Shown piece after piece: positions 20,101-32,116 of a stretch of 55,739 bases of DNA (position 1 is its first letter; each line of letters starts with the position of its first letter). Both the position numbers and the translations under genes were made by a program. The notes below the pieces were generated by a model. It was given only the letters and a program-made list of their open reading frames with translations. It was not told the DNA's origin and made no database searches. This DNA is from a virus. Its lineage: Duplodnaviria > Caudoviricetes. The stretch lies in IMG/VR virus record IMGVR_UViG_3300028103_000021, positions 1 to 55,739 of that record; one strand, written 5' to 3'.

Positions 20101-21758
20101 CCTCCTGGAGTACCAGGTGGAGGCAAAGGAGTTGGAGATGGAGAACTTGTTGGATTTGATAAAGAATTACGACACGAAATATTATTATCAAATGTATTAT
20201 AATCTTTTATTAATTGAGTATTGTTAGAATAATTAAAATGAATATTTTGGTTAAATGTTTTAGCAAAAGTAGATGGTAGTTCTATATGTGGATATAAAGC
20301 GGACATTGACACATTATCAAAAATATAATCAACTGGTTTTTGAGAAGAAGAATCTGAGAAAAATATTAAATTATCTGGAGAGTTTTTTAATTCTCTATAT
20401 GTTAAATAATAATTAGTTCCCAGTAAAGTAAGTTTATTATCTATGTATTTATATGGTTGATATTTTAGATTTGTCGCATAAAAAGAATTGTCATTAAGCC
20501 AAGTTAATTTTTGAAAATTAAAACCAGAAACTCCAATAAAATTAAACCAATCTTCTTTATAAAGTTCTTCTCCAGTAATTGGCATTCCAACTTCATCAAT
20601 TTCAAAAGTTCCACTATTATCAATCAGTTCTCTGTTAGAATCTAAGATATCATAAAAAGAACTTTTTCTAAAAAAATGGAATGTAAAAACTTGAGATGAT
20701 TTATAAAATTTAGCAGGATTTATATCAGTATCTATTTTTAAAACTAAACCTTTTATACTATCTTGTTTAAGTTCAACTACTTTGGCAAATCGTGCTTCAT
20801 CGTCTAATGGTTCATATTTTGGTAATGATTCATGCGGAGGATATGCGCTAGTTCCATTGCCTAGGTTACCATCTATATCACATCCTTTATAATTCATCAA
20901 TATAGCATCTGAGCATATGTAATCATCAAACAAAACATTCGCTAAAAAGAATCCAGATAAATATGAAGGTTCGTCAATACTACCTATGGACTGAAGATTT
21001 ATTTTTGATCCATTTATAGATAAATTTAAAATATTTGAAATATATATTTCTTTATTTTCTCTATCAAAATCCCTAATTTCTAAATCAAATGTAACAGGAA
21101 ATGAAAACCTAGATAAGTAAAATAAATCATAACCATTGTTTACATTGCCCGAAGCAAGTTTAAAAAGTGAATTAATATTCAAATAAGCAGATGATGATAA
21201 ATAACTTGGTAAATCTTGATCATTATATTTTACATTAAATTTTCTTTTTGGAAAATTGCACCAGCCCCCACCAAGATTTGGGTATGAAATAGCAAGAGTT
21301 GGCGCATTTAGCACTTCTTTATTTAAAAAATCATTGGAGGAAAATCCATAACATGGTTGTTCTGCCGGATTTAAAGAAGAACCAATATATTTCATTTCAA
21401 TTACTAATTCATGATTTCCTTCTGGCAAAGTAATAGTAAAAGGAGATATTGGATCTCTAGTCGGAGGAGCAGTAACTAAAGATGATGGAAATAGTCCTGT
21501 GGAATCGCTAACTATTTGGCTAAAAATATTTAATGGATCATTTTCAATATAATTAAATGTTACTGTAGGAGTTCCAGTATATTCATAAATATGGCCTTTC
21601 CAATTTCCTCCAGCACCATAACTAGATGACAAATAAGATTGTAATGGATAATTTGCTGGAAAATTTGGAGTTGATTTATAAGTAATTTTAAAGGTGGATT
21701 TATCTCCAGTACCAGTACCAGTATTTACATTAAGAAGATTTAGAGAGAAACTGCTCAT
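17148..21758 (-). CDS. Large Pro/Gly-rich repeat protein (GPG/GGP arrays, Cys-rich C-terminus), likely a virion fibre or surface protein
   Basis: 1536 aa ORF with ATGA overlap to the upstream gene. Confidence 0.75.
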   Translation of the reverse strand: MSSFSLNLLNVNTGTGTGDKSTFKITYKSTPNFPANYPLQSYLSSSYGAGGNWKGHIYEYTGTPTVTFNYIENDPLNIFSQIVSDSTGLFPSSLVTAPPTRDPISPFTITLPEGNHELVIEMKYIGSSLNPAEQPCYGFSSNDFLNKEVLNAPTLAISYPNLGGGWCNFPKRKFNVKYNDQDLPSYLSSSAYLNINSLFKLASGNVNNGYDLFYLSRFSFPVTFDLEIRDFDRENKEIYISNILNLSINGSKINLQSIGSIDEPSYLSGFFLANVLFDDYICSDAILMNYKGCDIDGNLGNGTSAYPPHESLPKYEPLDDEARFAKVVELKQDSIKGLVLKIDTDINPAKFYKSSQVFTFHFFRKSSFYDILDSNRELIDNSGTFEIDEVGMPITGEELYKEDWFNFIGVSGFNFQKLTWLNDNSFYATNLKYQPYKYIDNKLTLLGTNYYLTYRELKNSPDNLIFFSDSSSQKPVDYIFDNVSMSALYPHIELPSTFAKTFNQNIHFNYSNNTQLIKDYNTFDNNISCRNSLSNPTSSPSPTPLPPPGTPGGAGGAGGPGGPGGPGGPPAGTPLPTLPPPGSPNGPGGPSGPGGPGGPGGPPTGTPLPPLPPPGTNGGPGGPLGPGGPGGPGGPGGPGGPGGPPAGSPPLVLFPPPNNPYGPGGPFGPGGPGGLGGPPLGTPLPPLPPVGWPGGPGGPNGPGGPGGPGGPGGPSGPGGPGGLGDPSQPFVCPWGLIGYSINTRTVYDEIASGIAGNPPIIIRNTEKCIDIFYGNPTEPISEKDCVRGKVLGGGLIVGDISDVRRETGIDRLCSSAPPSSPPGPPPPSLPTSPPASPPTGNTNPNSPPTNSPAPNTGSPTPTPTTPPTGTPGGPLGLGGPGGPGGPGGPGGPPSGTPLPPLPPPGSPGGIGGPGGPGGLTGPGGILGPSGPGGPLGPGGPGGPGGPPSGTPLPPLPPPGSPGGILGPNGPGGPLGPGGPGGPSGPPAGTPLPPGFIYTSGLSGPSNPPSGSGGSTSSSTSGSGDPQEGDTYDPGECATSTYVLKKGSGEPLPPKRCAIFRRETNFQSDGLNPGSSSGLIGTGTKIIMDHGANFYKFVWLGRFAPAGFMYSSNPGAELTAGIEYSLENVKCCDGAIVSGHSPCPEPPKPLQTAQGSAYNVNSAQNLSNVTNSTNTSTSSTSNTIMPLSGSATFMSPSGQLVVGVRQEAINVPPAPPGYYWSMVEKPGVAGGNIFRNLPESCFITQSPTPTPTPTNPDGSCPPGKEKVGDSCCKMITVRAELRDPPYCTICEHFIYSAALLCNPNIDNNNVNNPPVDGGGGGYPLIGVVDVGDSVNWQDGGGGPVINPVVDQPLPFNNPVNNGNNPDIEGQQDGNDQGPDPDSYPLSKSGSSYAKLVDNGIQNLIAQGCLPPYQPLENFPAIVESGSNAINAIASVSENGKVAQYSLTMNCVVTVSNNPDNILEPDLTPTNTNTNNSDQYPIFICGLPIPPYVYDPDNTSVNNNLNNLFNAPMCSPGFPLPPQVNPNPPMCTGMPITV
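18780..20130 (-). repeat. Two arrays of (GPG)n alternating with [16 protein letters not shown] (about 18780-19160 and 19590-20130)
   Basis: Visible in the protein and as GC-rich ggaccacc/cctgg repeats in the DNA. Confidence 0.9.
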
Positions 21759-24700
21759 GGAAAAATACTCTCTTTAAGATTAAATGTTGATGAATATTTG
21801 TCACTCAATGCGTAAATGCCATATTGATTATCTATAGTGATTACACTACTGATATTATCTTTTGGCATATAAAAAGATCCATTCTTAATACTTATTAAAA
21901 AGTTATTAGTACCATTGAAAACATTTAAATCACCTTCTATTTTATTAACTATTCCTAGCGTACTATTATCAACAGATACTAAGTATAAAGTTTTTCCATT
22001 AACTGATTCCTTGGTTATAGAAAATTCAGATATTGAAAGGGTAGAATTATTTGAAGAATTTGTAAAAATTATATACGGTTTGTATTTTTCATCATTAGAT
22101 GATAAATAATGACTTTGTGATTGATATAACATTTCAAAAATAGCAGATGAATTTTTAGAAGTTGCTATTGATTCTCTAAATTTAAAAATGCTTGTTCCTT
22201 GATTATCTAATGAAACAACATTAAATGTTGATGTTGTTGGTAAATTAACATCGGATGTCTTTACATAATTAAAGCTATTTCCATATACATTATTAATTGA
22301 ATATGCTGTATTTTTAAGCGCTGGCAAGATAGTTATTTTTGCATCCGTTATGGTTTTTTGTTTTGTGTAAAACATTAATGGGCTAATTGATATTATAGCC
22401 TTACCATCCTTTACTTCAAATAATGATGTATCTGGAGTATAGATAGAATCTTTAATATTAAAAGAAAAAGAGTCATTTTCAACAGGTGATATTAATAAAT
22501 TAAAAAAGCCATTTAAAGGAACGGTTTGACTAGTTTTTTGATCTATTAATTCTAAATTAATTATTAAATTTGAACCGCCAAATTCTATAGGTATAGATTG
22601 TTCAGAACTATCAACTGTTATTTCAAATTTCCAATTAGAACCATCTATTATTGGAAGTGGATCATTACCTAATATTGGGGGAGAAATAGCAACTGTTGGA
22701 TTACTTGTGTATCCAGTTCCTGGATTAGTAATTGTAATTCCAGTAACAATGCCATTAGAGACTGTAGCTACTGCGGTAGCCCCTGTTCCATCACCAGAAA
22801 TAGTTACTGTTGGATTACTTGTATAATTAGAACCGGAATTACCAATACTAATAGATGTTATCTGGCCCAAACTATTAATAGTTGTAGCGCTAACAGTCGC
22901 TGTTCCAGAATTTCCCGAAGACGATAATGTTACAGTAGGATTAGATGTATAACCAGAGCCTCCGTTATTAATCGAAACACCAGTTATTATTCCGTTTGAA
23001 ACTATTGGAGTTGCTGTAGCTCCAGAACCATTTCCTCCAGAAATAGTAATTGCTGGCGGTGTTGTATAACCAAGACCCCCATATATAACAGGTATTCCTA
23101 CAACTTGCCCCTGACTATTAATAATTGCAGTACCAAAAACTGCTGTTGTGCCACTATATTTAATAGATGTTACATGCAAATCACAATTACATGCTCTTGG
23201 ATATGAATCAAATATCTTGATAGAATTACCATATTGCGCTTTTTGCAAAAGAGAAACTTTATCTAGTCTTCCTAGATTAATAGGATCTGTAATTGATGGA
23301 GATTCTGGGCCTTTTACAAATTTACCCCAAGGATATTTTGATGAATAAGAAATATAATCGGAAGGAACAACATCTCTATTTATTGAAGATATAGTTTTCT
23401 TAGTTATTTGAGAACTAATATTAACTAATGAAAAACTAGCACTTTCTAATTCAACTTCAATATCATACCATCTAAGTGGATCTTCTTCTTTAACTGACAT
23501 TTTTTCAAATGTTCCGCTATTTGCAGCAAAAAACTTATCTAATGGTAGTTGCAATATAGAAACACAATTTACTGGAGCCATATCTCCATTTAATTGTTTT
23601 GATTGATAGTCAAATGAATTTTGTGTTCCGTCTGCTTTTAATGGGGCCGGTTCTAGAAATTCATGACAATTTTTCTTAAATACCATAAACATATTTGCGC
23701 TATCATAATCACTAGTTATATAAGTGTCTGGGCATGAATGCTGTTCAACTAGTGTATTTTCCCAAGCAGAAGCTTTTCCTGTAGAACTTATTTTAAATTT
23801 AGATACATTAAAACTTGAATTTGATCCTTGATGATAAAAACCATAAACAGAATCTTTAGTAAATACTATATAGTCGGCATAGCCAGATCTATCTTTTGAA
23901 AATATAGCTATTGATTTACTTAAACTATAATAAACATTGCCAACCTTAACAAATCTATCAGTTATAAAACCTAAACCATTTTCTGTGATGGTTGGGCATT
24001 TAGTGTCAACTTCTAAAAATGGAATAGCTGTATCAAAATATTCAAATGAGCAATCGCTTACAGTTTCTAAATTTTCTGGATTGTTATAAACAGGTAAATT
24101 TAAATAACCCTTTAATAACTTTCTTGAAGTAATATCAAAATAAGTTCCTGGTATTTTTCCAAATTTTTGTTCGTGAGCAAATGTTCCAGACCATAAATCA
24201 ACCGATTGATTAGCGAAGAAGTTTTCAACAAAATGATTTGATGTTATTTTTTTAACTAAATTTTCATTTGCTGTATTTTGAAAAAATGTGCCATGTTCAT
24301 TTATTGTTATAAAAAATCTTCCATTAGAATTTTTTAAATATGCTGGATCATATTTATTATCTAAGTCAAAAGAGTTGCACAAAAGTTTATAAGAATCAAA
24401 TGTATTTGGTTCTGCTGAACTCGTATAGTAATTACCTAAAAATGGTTTTTTCAATAAATAACTACCATTAAGTTTAGGTGTATAAATATCATTTTTATCG
24501 TAAGTTACAACTAAAACATAAGGTCTAGATAAAATATTTTTAAAAGAAAAGTCTTGGATAATAAGGGCTAAACCATTACCAGATTTAGCAGAAGAAATCT
24601 TAATAGAATAGTTAATTATTTTTTTATCTTGGGTAAAATTAGGCAAGTAGTAATTAGAAACTGCGTACTTGGATGTTAATCCAGAAGAAGAATCTTTATT

Positions 24701-27700
24701 TAAATTTATTCTAAGATCTGCGTATGGACTTAAACCACCCTGATGATCAGATCCGAGAATTACTAAAAATTCACTCGTTGGTTGAACCGGAGGAATTGGT
24801 TCTGTAGAGCCAGTACCACAATTAGTTTGGCCCAAAGCTTTTAAAGAAGCTAAACATTCATTATAACTAAAATAAGTTCCCGTACTATCACATGTACATG
24901 TATAGCAATTATTTGGAGCATCATATATAGGTTTATATTTTGGGCAAGGAGTAGTCGTAGTTGTAGTGGTAGTAGTGGTAGTGGTAGTTGTCGTAGTGGT
25001 AGTTACTACATCTTGAACTGTTACTGGTATTTTAAAAGTATTAAAGCCTAGATATTCAATCTGTTGACAATTTGACGATCCACCATAACCACAAGACATA
25101 TCATAACCAACAAAAACATCAATTCTTTTTGCTATATCTGCTGGTATATCTTTTTTATTAATGCCTTCTTTTATTTTTATAGTTAATGGAGGTATTGTTA
25201 CTTTACCATCTACTATTTCATATGAAATAGAAGACATCCAACTAGCGCCCTTCCAATTTGGAGTAGCGCCTTCTACTTCCAAATAATTACCTGTAGTAAA
25301 TACTAAAGTGAAACCGGCTGGTTGTGGCCATAAATTTGAATTTAAAGGAATTTGATAATTGTTGGAAACAATACCCTTTCCATCTACTGTGACAACAAAC
25401 ATTTCTTCTGTTTGAACAGATGTTTCATTTGGTAATATAGTTAAATCTGGATAGTCAGATTGATCAAATACTGTAAGATTGTTTTGAAATGTTACAGGTT
25501 CAGTTAAACCAGTTATGAATTGATGAGCTACTGTATAATCTCTTTTTACAGTCAATATTCCAGATGCCGTAAGTGTTGCACCGCCATCAAGTTCTAATTC
25601 AAAGTTAATAGTTAAATCATGAGTGGCATTATTTTCAAAAATAGATGGATCTACGCCATTCCAAACTAAATAATATCTAGAATTAAAATCTTTAAAAGAT
25701 AAATAATTTCCTCTAACAATTCTAACATTATCAAAAGAAAAATTATATTCATTAACTATTGTAAAATTAGGATCATCTGTAGTTACGGTTAAATAACCAT
25801 TTGTTTGAATATTTGCGGTATTTCCATTGTAAGTAAACCTTAAAGCAATATTTTCTAAAAGCACTTGTGCATTTTTATCTAATTTTGCTAAAAAAGGAAG
25901 GCCATAATAAACTTCCATTAAGTTAGGGGCATTATAAGAAGGTTGTGATGGCGGAAATGGAGGAGATGGATTTACATATGGAGGAGGACTATACGAAAGA
26001 GAATATGATAAAGAATTAGTTGTTCCTACAAAAGTTCCTATATAATCTATAGCTCCTAATGCTGGATCAAAATTCTTACCGTAATATCTTGAAACAACAA
26101 TTGTACCATCAATCATTCCGCCAGACGGAACTTTTGTTTCTAAATAATATTCACCAGTAACACTATCATATTTAATAGCATCAATTCCAGATCCTTGTCC
26201 ACCAGAATAACTAACTTGATCACCTATATTAAATCCGCAAGGACTATTAATGTAAATCTTAAGCGTTGTACTATATTTAAGTTCTGATGGTTCTATTCTA
26301 GTTATTTCTGCTATACATGTTCCAGAAGTAATTTCTACATTTACTGTACAATAAATATAAGTGTTATTACCTTGCGGGAATTTAACAATTACAGGATTTA
26401 TTCCTGTATTTGCGTAAAAAGGAACTTCAGTAATTACAATCCCATCATCAACATATTTTACTTTGCTGGCAGGACTCTGATTTGTATTCCCTGCTGCATA
26501 ATATGAAGCTGGTGGATTTGGATCTAAAATCCATTCAAATAAATATGATCCAATTGGAAGTTGTGATTTTGTAAAATTACCTCTAAAAGCAACATTAAAT
26601 GTAGGTTCTATAGGACTGGAATAAGTTATAGAGTTACAAATAGTTGGAGTAGGCGTAGGCGTAGGCGTAGGCGTAGGAGTTGGAGTAACTGGTTGGGCAG
26701 AGCAAGTGCCTAAAAATAAATAAGTTCCATCAGAATCGCAAGATGTTAAAGCTACTACTCCACTAACTCTGTCAAACGAACCAGAAATTATATTTACAAT
26801 CTTTCCATTTTGTAATGGAAGATCTATAATATCCCAATTTTTTAAATCTTTTGATAATGCTATTTTTCCATAACCATATATTAAATAAGAATCATTTAAT
26901 ACTAATAAACCTGTCCAATAATTAGTAACTTGTGGTAATTGAAATCGTGTCCAATTAGTAAAATCTGTACTTACTTTTACTTCTATTCCATTGAAAATAA
27001 TTAATTCATTATTTGGATTAATCGCATTATTATAATTAAAATTAATTCCTGGAAATAAATTAGTTCCTCCAATATTACGATCTGATTTTATTAAAATTAA
27101 TTTATTTGAATATATATCTTTTTCAAATAAATAAAAACCATCATTAGCTAAAGCTGCATGACTAACTCTTCCTTGATAAACTACGCTTAATAATTTTACA
27201 TCTTGTTGTACTATATTATAAAAATCTAAGGATGATTGATCTATTGGAATTTGTTCAAAAACTGGCGGATTACTAAATGGGCTATAAATAGATGGAAATG
27301 GAGAAGTTCCTAATGTTATATAATCATCTGCTATATGATTCTTTACTATAAAAGGTAGTCCGTCTAAATCTAATGCAGCAGTACCATCTTCATATAAGGC
27401 AGGACAATTTAATATAACCGATGGTTTATCAGATGAGTCAGAAAGTAAATTTTTTGTATGCGATATTTTTACTCTTGATACTGAATAAAAACTTGAAAAG
27501 TTGAAAGTTTGCCAATTACTACCAACTTGATCAATGTTTTTTTGTTTTTCTATTAAATTATTATCAATATCATATCCGTAAATTCTTACTAAACCACTAT
27601 GAATAAAAACTTCTTTTATTTTAAAATCAGGACTTGGATCAAAATCTTCGTCATTAACTAAATCAAATATTCCTATATTAGCAGATATGTCAGCAGTTTT

Positions 27701-27937
27701 TTCAAAAGTAAAATTACAAACAGAAGGTGGCGCTGTGGTTCCTATTGAGGTTGTAATTGGTTTTACTGGCAACCAATCATTAACTGTTATATCCCAAAAA
27801 TATGTACTGTTATTATCAGTATTGTACCAAAAAGCCGGTCTACTTCTTTCTAGTACATCCGGCCTTTCTGCTTGAATAAAAGTTAATATATCTTTTGAAG
27901 CATTAGAAATTCCAGACAAATTATTTGGGTTAGGCAT
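21755..27937 (-). CDS. Very large virion structural/fibre protein with (TP)n, poly-Thr and [13 protein letters not shown] repeats
   Basis: 2060 aa; four GxGYTxxPxVTIS-type repeats at about 22680-23090 as seen in phage structural proteins; mucin-like linkers. Confidence 0.75.
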   Translation of the reverse strand: MPNPNNLSGISNASKDILTFIQAERPDVLERSRPAFWYNTDNNSTYFWDITVNDWLPVKPITTSIGTTAPPSVCNFTFEKTADISANIGIFDLVNDEDFDPSPDFKIKEVFIHSGLVRIYGYDIDNNLIEKQKNIDQVGSNWQTFNFSSFYSVSRVKISHTKNLLSDSSDKPSVILNCPALYEDGTAALDLDGLPFIVKNHIADDYITLGTSPFPSIYSPFSNPPVFEQIPIDQSSLDFYNIVQQDVKLLSVVYQGRVSHAALANDGFYLFEKDIYSNKLILIKSDRNIGGTNLFPGINFNYNNAINPNNELIIFNGIEVKVSTDFTNWTRFQLPQVTNYWTGLLVLNDSYLIYGYGKIALSKDLKNWDIIDLPLQNGKIVNIISGSFDRVSGVVALTSCDSDGTYLFLGTCSAQPVTPTPTPTPTPTPTPTICNSITYSSPIEPTFNVAFRGNFTKSQLPIGSYLFEWILDPNPPASYYAAGNTNQSPASKVKYVDDGIVITEVPFYANTGINPVIVKFPQGNNTYIYCTVNVEITSGTCIAEITRIEPSELKYSTTLKIYINSPCGFNIGDQVSYSGGQGSGIDAIKYDSVTGEYYLETKVPSGGMIDGTIVVSRYYGKNFDPALGAIDYIGTFVGTTNSLSYSLSYSPPPYVNPSPPFPPSQPSYNAPNLMEVYYGLPFLAKLDKNAQVLLENIALRFTYNGNTANIQTNGYLTVTTDDPNFTIVNEYNFSFDNVRIVRGNYLSFKDFNSRYYLVWNGVDPSIFENNATHDLTINFELELDGGATLTASGILTVKRDYTVAHQFITGLTEPVTFQNNLTVFDQSDYPDLTILPNETSVQTEEMFVVTVDGKGIVSNNYQIPLNSNLWPQPAGFTLVFTTGNYLEVEGATPNWKGASWMSSISYEIVDGKVTIPPLTIKIKEGINKKDIPADIAKRIDVFVGYDMSCGYGGSSNCQQIEYLGFNTFKIPVTVQDVVTTTTTTTTTTTTTTTTTTPCPKYKPIYDAPNNCYTCTCDSTGTYFSYNECLASLKALGQTNCGTGSTEPIPPVQPTSEFLVILGSDHQGGLSPYADLRINLNKDSSSGLTSKYAVSNYYLPNFTQDKKIINYSIKISSAKSGNGLALIIQDFSFKNILSRPYVLVVTYDKNDIYTPKLNGSYLLKKPFLGNYYTSSAEPNTFDSYKLLCNSFDLDNKYDPAYLKNSNGRFFITINEHGTFFQNTANENLVKKITSNHFVENFFANQSVDLWSGTFAHEQKFGKIPGTYFDITSRKLLKGYLNLPVYNNPENLETVSDCSFEYFDTAIPFLEVDTKCPTITENGLGFITDRFVKVGNVYYSLSKSIAIFSKDRSGYADYIVFTKDSVYGFYHQGSNSSFNVSKFKISSTGKASAWENTLVEQHSCPDTYITSDYDSANMFMVFKKNCHEFLEPAPLKADGTQNSFDYQSKQLNGDMAPVNCVSILQLPLDKFFAANSGTFEKMSVKEEDPLRWYDIEVELESASFSLVNISSQITKKTISSINRDVVPSDYISYSSKYPWGKFVKGPESPSITDPINLGRLDKVSLLQKAQYGNSIKIFDSYPRACNCDLHVTSIKYSGTTAVFGTAIINSQGQVVGIPVIYGGLGYTTPPAITISGGNGSGATATPIVSNGIITGVSINNGGSGYTSNPTVTLSSSGNSGTATVSATTINSLGQITSISIGNSGSNYTSNPTVTISGDGTGATAVATVSNGIVTGITITNPGTGYTSNPTVAISPPILGNDPLPIIDGSNWKFEITVDSSEQSIPIEFGGSNLIINLELIDQKTSQTVPLNGFFNLLISPVENDSFSFNIKDSIYTPDTSLFEVKDGKAIISISPLMFYTKQKTITDAKITILPALKNTAYSINNVYGNSFNYVKTSDVNLPTTSTFNVVSLDNQGTSIFKFRESIATSKNSSAIFEMLYQSQSHYLSSNDEKYKPYIIFTNSSNNSTLSISEFSITKESVNGKTLYLVSVDNSTLGIVNKIEGDLNVFNGTNNFLISIKNGSFYMPKDNISSVITIDNQYGIYALSDKYSSTFNLKESIFP
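24950..25003 (-). repeat. Run of 18 Thr codons
   Basis: Counted from the DNA; uses all four ACN codons. Confidence 0.9.
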
Positions 27938-30143
27938 ATGCGTTTCCTGAGAAAGATACCCAATTAGAGCCGTTACTATCAGTTACCCAAAAATACAAAA
28001 TCGCATTTTCAGTATCATACCAAACAGCGAAAGAATTTGCAGCAGGATTAATTGCTGGTCTTGTCGATTGTTGATAAAAATTAACTGTGGTAGATCCAGA
28101 AGCTCCTTGAAATCCTTGGTATCCCTGTGGTCCAGAAGATCCGGTTGGTCCAGTTGGGCCACTAGAGCCTGGTAATCCAGTAGGACCAGTAGGGCCAGTT
28201 GCTCCGTCAGATCCTGGTGCGCCATCAGATCCTGCGACACCATCAGAGCCATAAATATCTCTAACAGAAAATGTTCTACTTTTAGAAGATTGAGTAGATT
28301 CAAGTATTAATGTTGATGAAGATTCATTGTAAGCTATATCCCAAGTTACTAAGTTTTTAGTTCCAGTAAGAGCATTATTATTTGTCGTATTAGGAACCGC
28401 TGTATTATCACCAGAACTTAAACGAATAGCCAAAGTTTCTGGAGATGATCTAAAATCAAAGTAGTATCTTTGACCTCTAATTAGAGTAATCGCAGAATTA
28501 TTAGCAACGCCATTAATTTCTATTGCAGAAGAATTGCTAGTTACTGTGTATAAAGTTCCGCCACGCTCCCCGATATCACCTTGAAAACCCTGTCTTCCTT
28601 GAAAACCTTGAGAACCAGTAACACCTTGTCTGCCCTGAGATCCTTGTGGTCCTAAAAGACCTGTCAAACCCTGTCTTCCTTGATAACCTTGAGGCCCATT
28701 AGATCCACCAGTAGCGCCAGCCTGAGCCATTGTGGCCCAATATAAAGGATTTGTATCTGGCTGTTTAGGACTAGAACTTGTACTTCCTAATATTGCTATA
28801 TAACTAGTGCCACCATAATAAACTGAATCGTTTACAGAATAGTTAGCAGATATTGACCAATCGCCTCTCCATGTTATTCCTATAGATCCTTGAGATCCTT
28901 GACTTCCTTGAGAACCATTTGTTCCTGCTGATCCCTGCGAGCCTTGTGTGCCTTGAGATCCTTGGCTACCTTGATGACCTTGAGATCCGGTACTACCAAT
29001 AAAACCTTGATTGCCTTGCGATCCTTGAGATCCTTGTAATCCCTGATTTCCTTGGCTACCTTGACTACCTTGATTACCTTGACTACCTTGAACACCTTGG
29101 CTACCTTGATTACCCTGATAACCTTGATTTCCTTGTGCGCCATTAGATCCACTAGTTCCATTTGTTCCTTGCAAACCTTGCAAACCTTGATAACCCTGCC
29201 TACCTTGAGCGCCTTGATCTCCTTGATCACCCTTTTCACCTATATAATCAACTGCGTTGATAGCTCTTGTAATAGTTCCATTTGTAATTGATTGAATAAT
29301 TATTCCTGTAGATGGAGCATCTAAAGGAACATCATATGTAATGATTGATCCAACAGTACCGCTTGTTTCATTGTTATTAGCACTTGTTCCAGTAACATCG
29401 GTTGTTAAACCAGAACCATTTCTAATAGCTACATAATGAGTAACTGCGCTAAAATCAAAAATAAATCTTTGACCACGAACAACTTCAATAGGATCTGAGT
29501 TACTTGTTATGCCAGATACAACAAATTGAGTGCTTGGTAGAGTTACAGTAAAAGTGGTTCCACCTTTAGACCCTTGTGAACCTTGAAAACCTTGATATCC
29601 TTGAGATCCAGAAGATCCAGTAGAACCTTGGAAACCTTGCGATCCCTGAGAACCTTGAGAACCCTGAGAACCTTGTAAACCTTGGTTTCCAGTAGACCCT
29701 TGAGATCCAATAACACCTTGAGACCCCTGAGAACCCTGCGTACCTTGAGAACCTTGAGAACCTTGAGATCCTCTTTCTCCTTGTGAACCTTGGTTACCCT
29801 GTGAACCTTGTCTGCCCTGAGAACCTTGAGAACCTTGGGAACCCTGAGAACCTTGTAAGCCTTGATTGCCTTGAGAACCTTGACTTCCTTGAGAACCATT
29901 TGTTCCAGTAGTTCCTTGAGAACCTTGAGAACCTTGCGATCCCTGCGAACCTATTGAGCCATCACCAAAAGCTGCCCAATAAGTAGTGGCAGTCGAAGGA
30001 TTTTCATTAGTAGAACCAAGAATAGCTATATATGTTTTTGAACTATAAGTAACTATATCATTAACTGCATATACGCCTTCGGAAGACCAAGTACCTTTAT
30101 AAAGTGTTCCTATACTTGTTCCACCGGTATTAATTAATGGCAT
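27930..30143 (-). CDS. Collagen-like (Gly-X-Gln) fibre protein with two carbohydrate-binding-like (CBM5/12-type) motifs
   Basis: 737 aa; GSQ/GNQ/GFQ triplet tracts. YKGTWSSEGVYAVNDIVTYSSKTYIA and WRGDWSISANYSVNDSVYYGGTSYIA are the CBM-like motifs. Two paralogous 'RGQR(F/Y)(I/Y)FDF' domains are also present. Confidence 0.85.
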   Translation of the reverse strand: MPLINTGGTSIGTLYKGTWSSEGVYAVNDIVTYSSKTYIAILGSTNENPSTATTYWAAFGDGSIGSQGSQGSQGSQGTTGTNGSQGSQGSQGNQGLQGSQGSQGSQGSQGRQGSQGNQGSQGERGSQGSQGSQGTQGSQGSQGVIGSQGSTGNQGLQGSQGSQGSQGSQGFQGSTGSSGSQGYQGFQGSQGSKGGTTFTVTLPSTQFVVSGITSNSDPIEVVRGQRFIFDFSAVTHYVAIRNGSGLTTDVTGTSANNNETSGTVGSIITYDVPLDAPSTGIIIQSITNGTITRAINAVDYIGEKGDQGDQGAQGRQGYQGLQGLQGTNGTSGSNGAQGNQGYQGNQGSQGVQGSQGNQGSQGSQGNQGLQGSQGSQGNQGFIGSTGSQGHQGSQGSQGTQGSQGSAGTNGSQGSQGSQGSIGITWRGDWSISANYSVNDSVYYGGTSYIAILGSTSSSPKQPDTNPLYWATMAQAGATGGSNGPQGYQGRQGLTGLLGPQGSQGRQGVTGSQGFQGRQGFQGDIGERGGTLYTVTSNSSAIEINGVANNSAITLIRGQRYYFDFRSSPETLAIRLSSGDNTAVPNTTNNNALTGTKNLVTWDIAYNESSSTLILESTQSSKSRTFSVRDIYGSDGVAGSDGAPGSDGATGPTGPTGLPGSSGPTGPTGSSGPQGYQGFQGASGSTTVNFYQQSTRPAINPAANSFAVWYDTENAILYFWVTDSNGSNWVSFSGNAYA

Positions 30144-30146
30144 ATC

Positions 30147-30602
30147 TTAACCCTCTTTTGCTATGAAAGATTTTCCTGAAGATGCACACCTAACATTAAC
30201 TTGACCACTAGGTATAAAACCATCTTCAAAGCTTAACTGGCCCTGCGGATAAACAGGATAAGAATTAGTAGTAGAAGCAACAGCGTCTATATTTACATAC
30301 ATTAAAGTGTCAGAGTTGTTAATAAAGAGTAAATAATTTCTCTGTGGTTTAGCATCAAAAATTTTCTGTGAAGTATTTGCGGAAACTATGGTTCCAGAAC
30401 CATCTGTTAATGGACCAAAAGAAGATGCATCAACATAGTTAATGCCAAAAGTTTCTTCTATAGCTGGTTGTGGCAAAGAAGAATATGATTTTGATCTGCT
30501 TGTTAATGTTCCGCTTGCAATATCTGTAATTCCTGGAGGCATTTGAGTAAACGCAGATCCATAAACATAATCGCCAGAAGCTATTGCATTGATATCAGCC
30601 AT
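30147..30602 (-). CDS. Hypothetical small beta-rich virion protein
   Basis: 151 aa, GAGGTG RBS. Confidence 0.7.
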   Translation of the reverse strand: MADINAIASGDYVYGSAFTQMPPGITDIASGTLTSRSKSYSSLPQPAIEETFGINYVDASSFGPLTDGSGTIVSANTSQKIFDAKPQRNYLLFINNSDTLMYVNIDAVASTTNSYPVYPQGQLSFEDGFIPSGQVNVRCASSGKSFIAKEG

Positions 30603-30610
30603 TTATCACC

Positions 30611-31141
30611 TCATCTAAATAAATTTTGACCACCTTGATTATTTGGGTAATAAGCATGATCGCTATACCCAGCAAATATTCTAAATGGAGCTATAATAGC
30701 TGCGCCAGCAGCAACTCCAGTTCTTCCAACTTGATAATCTAGTTTAGCCTCATCATAAACCGCACACCAGCCTTTTTCTATTAACTTTAGTCTTCCGTCC
30801 ATAGATCCACGCAAGTCTATAGATGAGCTTCCATCTCTAATAGCTATACCCTGTCTTACGCTTGTCCTTGCCTCAGATCTTTCAATAATACAAGCTGCTT
30901 TAAAACAAACTAAATTTACAAAATCCTCATCTCTAGAAACATTTCTAACTGTAGGATCTGGAGTAATAGTTAGAGCTTGTATATCAACAGCGTAATTAGT
31001 TTTAAAATTTATATCTGTAACCACTATTTGTGCAGCAACAGCTAGTGTTTGTACTAAACGACCATCTGTATAATTTGGGTTTGCAGAAAGATCATCTATT
31101 AGAACTCGCAGCAAAGTTGTCATTTCTGACTGCCACAACAT
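30611..31141 (-). CDS. Putative head-tail adaptor-like protein
   Basis: Likely start MLWQSEM at 31141 with GAGG RBS; LRVLIDD...YTDGRL is the typical N-terminus of adaptor proteins. Confidence 0.55.
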   Translation of the reverse strand: MLWQSEMTTLLRVLIDDLSANPNYTDGRLVQTLAVAAQIVVTDINFKTNYAVDIQALTITPDPTVRNVSRDEDFVNLVCFKAACIIERSEARTSVRQGIAIRDGSSSIDLRGSMDGRLKLIEKGWCAVYDEAKLDYQVGRTGVAAGAAIIAPFRIFAGYSDHAYYPNNQGGQNLFR

Positions 31142-31149
31142 AGATAACC

Positions 31150-31470
31150 TCAAGCAAAAGGAGTTATTTTAATAGTTCCTGTATACAGCGTAGAAATATG
31201 ATTATTTGGAAAAATGGCTCTTATTTCAAAAAACCATCTTCCATAACCTATTTCTAGCAAGTTATTTGCACTCAAAGTTAATGAAAGTTCCGCTGGAGAA
31301 ACTATCGTTAAACCATAAGACAAATCTCTTACTATAAATACTACACCAGCATTAGTTAGATATGTACCTTCATTTAATGTAAAAAAATCTGTAATTGGAT
31401 TATAATTAGAATCCAACACTTTTTGCAAAAATGCCTGTTTTATTGTTGTTTTATTTAATTGATTTGCCAT
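31150..31470 (-). CDS. Hypothetical protein (Ig/BppU-like, resembles the C-terminus of the upstream gene)
   Basis: Likely start MANQLNK; IGYGRWFFEIRAIFPNNHISTL resembles IGAGRWSYEVKATLYNGHVLTL. Confidence 0.6.
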   Translation of the reverse strand: MANQLNKTTIKQAFLQKVLDSNYNPITDFFTLNEGTYLTNAGVVFIVRDLSYGLTIVSPAELSLTLSANNLLEIGYGRWFFEIRAIFPNNHISTLYTGTIKITPFA

Positions 31471-31471
31471 T

Positions 31472-32116
31472 TTAGTCGCCAAAAGGTGGAACAATAATCA
31501 TATTAGCCACCAATAGCGTTAAAACATGTCCATTATATAATGTAGCTTTTACTTCATAAGACCATCTACCAGCACCAATGATTGCTAATTCGGCAGACGA
31601 GAGTTCCAATCTAAGTACATCATCTATAATAGTAAAATTTTTGGTAAAAGTTTCTTTTCCAGCAATAATAAATTGAACTGTAGCACCAGCCAAGTCTGGC
31701 CATTGATCAGATGTTAAATCAATAGATCTTCCTTCAGCAGCAAAATAATCATCAATAAGCCTTAATTCTATAGGCTCTGTTATGTCAGTAGGAACAGGAC
31801 TTTGCTGTGTTATAATAGACACTCCTCCTGCTCCAGCCCTACTACTAACTCTAACATCTATATATTCTAACTCTTCTGGATTAACAGCTATAAAACCAAT
31901 TAATTCTGTACCAGATTTAAATTTTATTCCGCCACGAAAGTTCTGTGGGTAAGCGGAATATGTCCAAAGATAATTGCCGTTACCTATTTCAACAAAACCT
32001 AAATTAATTGGAACGGTTAAGTCTGTGCCATTAATATCAACTAGCGTAGCGCTTAAATTAGTTAGTCCTATATATCTTTTCCCTAAGTCTAGGGAAATGC
32101 TCATTTGATATGACAT
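31472..32116 (-). CDS. Hypothetical structural protein (Ig/BppU-like C-terminus)
   Basis: 214 aa; DLAGATVQF...LELSSAE...GRWSYEVKAT pattern. Confidence 0.6.
   Translation of the reverse strand: MSYQMSISLDLGKRYIGLTNLSATLVDINGTDLTVPINLGFVEIGNGNYLWTYSAYPQNFRGGIKFKSGTELIGFIAVNPEELEYIDVRVSSRAGAGGVSIITQQSPVPTDITEPIELRLIDDYFAAEGRSIDLTSDQWPDLAGATVQFIIAGKETFTKNFTIIDDVLRLELSSAELAIIGAGRWSYEVKATLYNGHVLTLLVANMIIVPPFGD

Noticed and set aside
19481-20227. Plus-strand ORF with textbook GPPGPPGPP collagen (19909-20202) and neighbouring ORFs
   Set aside because: These are the reverse complement of the GGP/GPG codons of the 1536-aa gene; no independent RBS or operon context.
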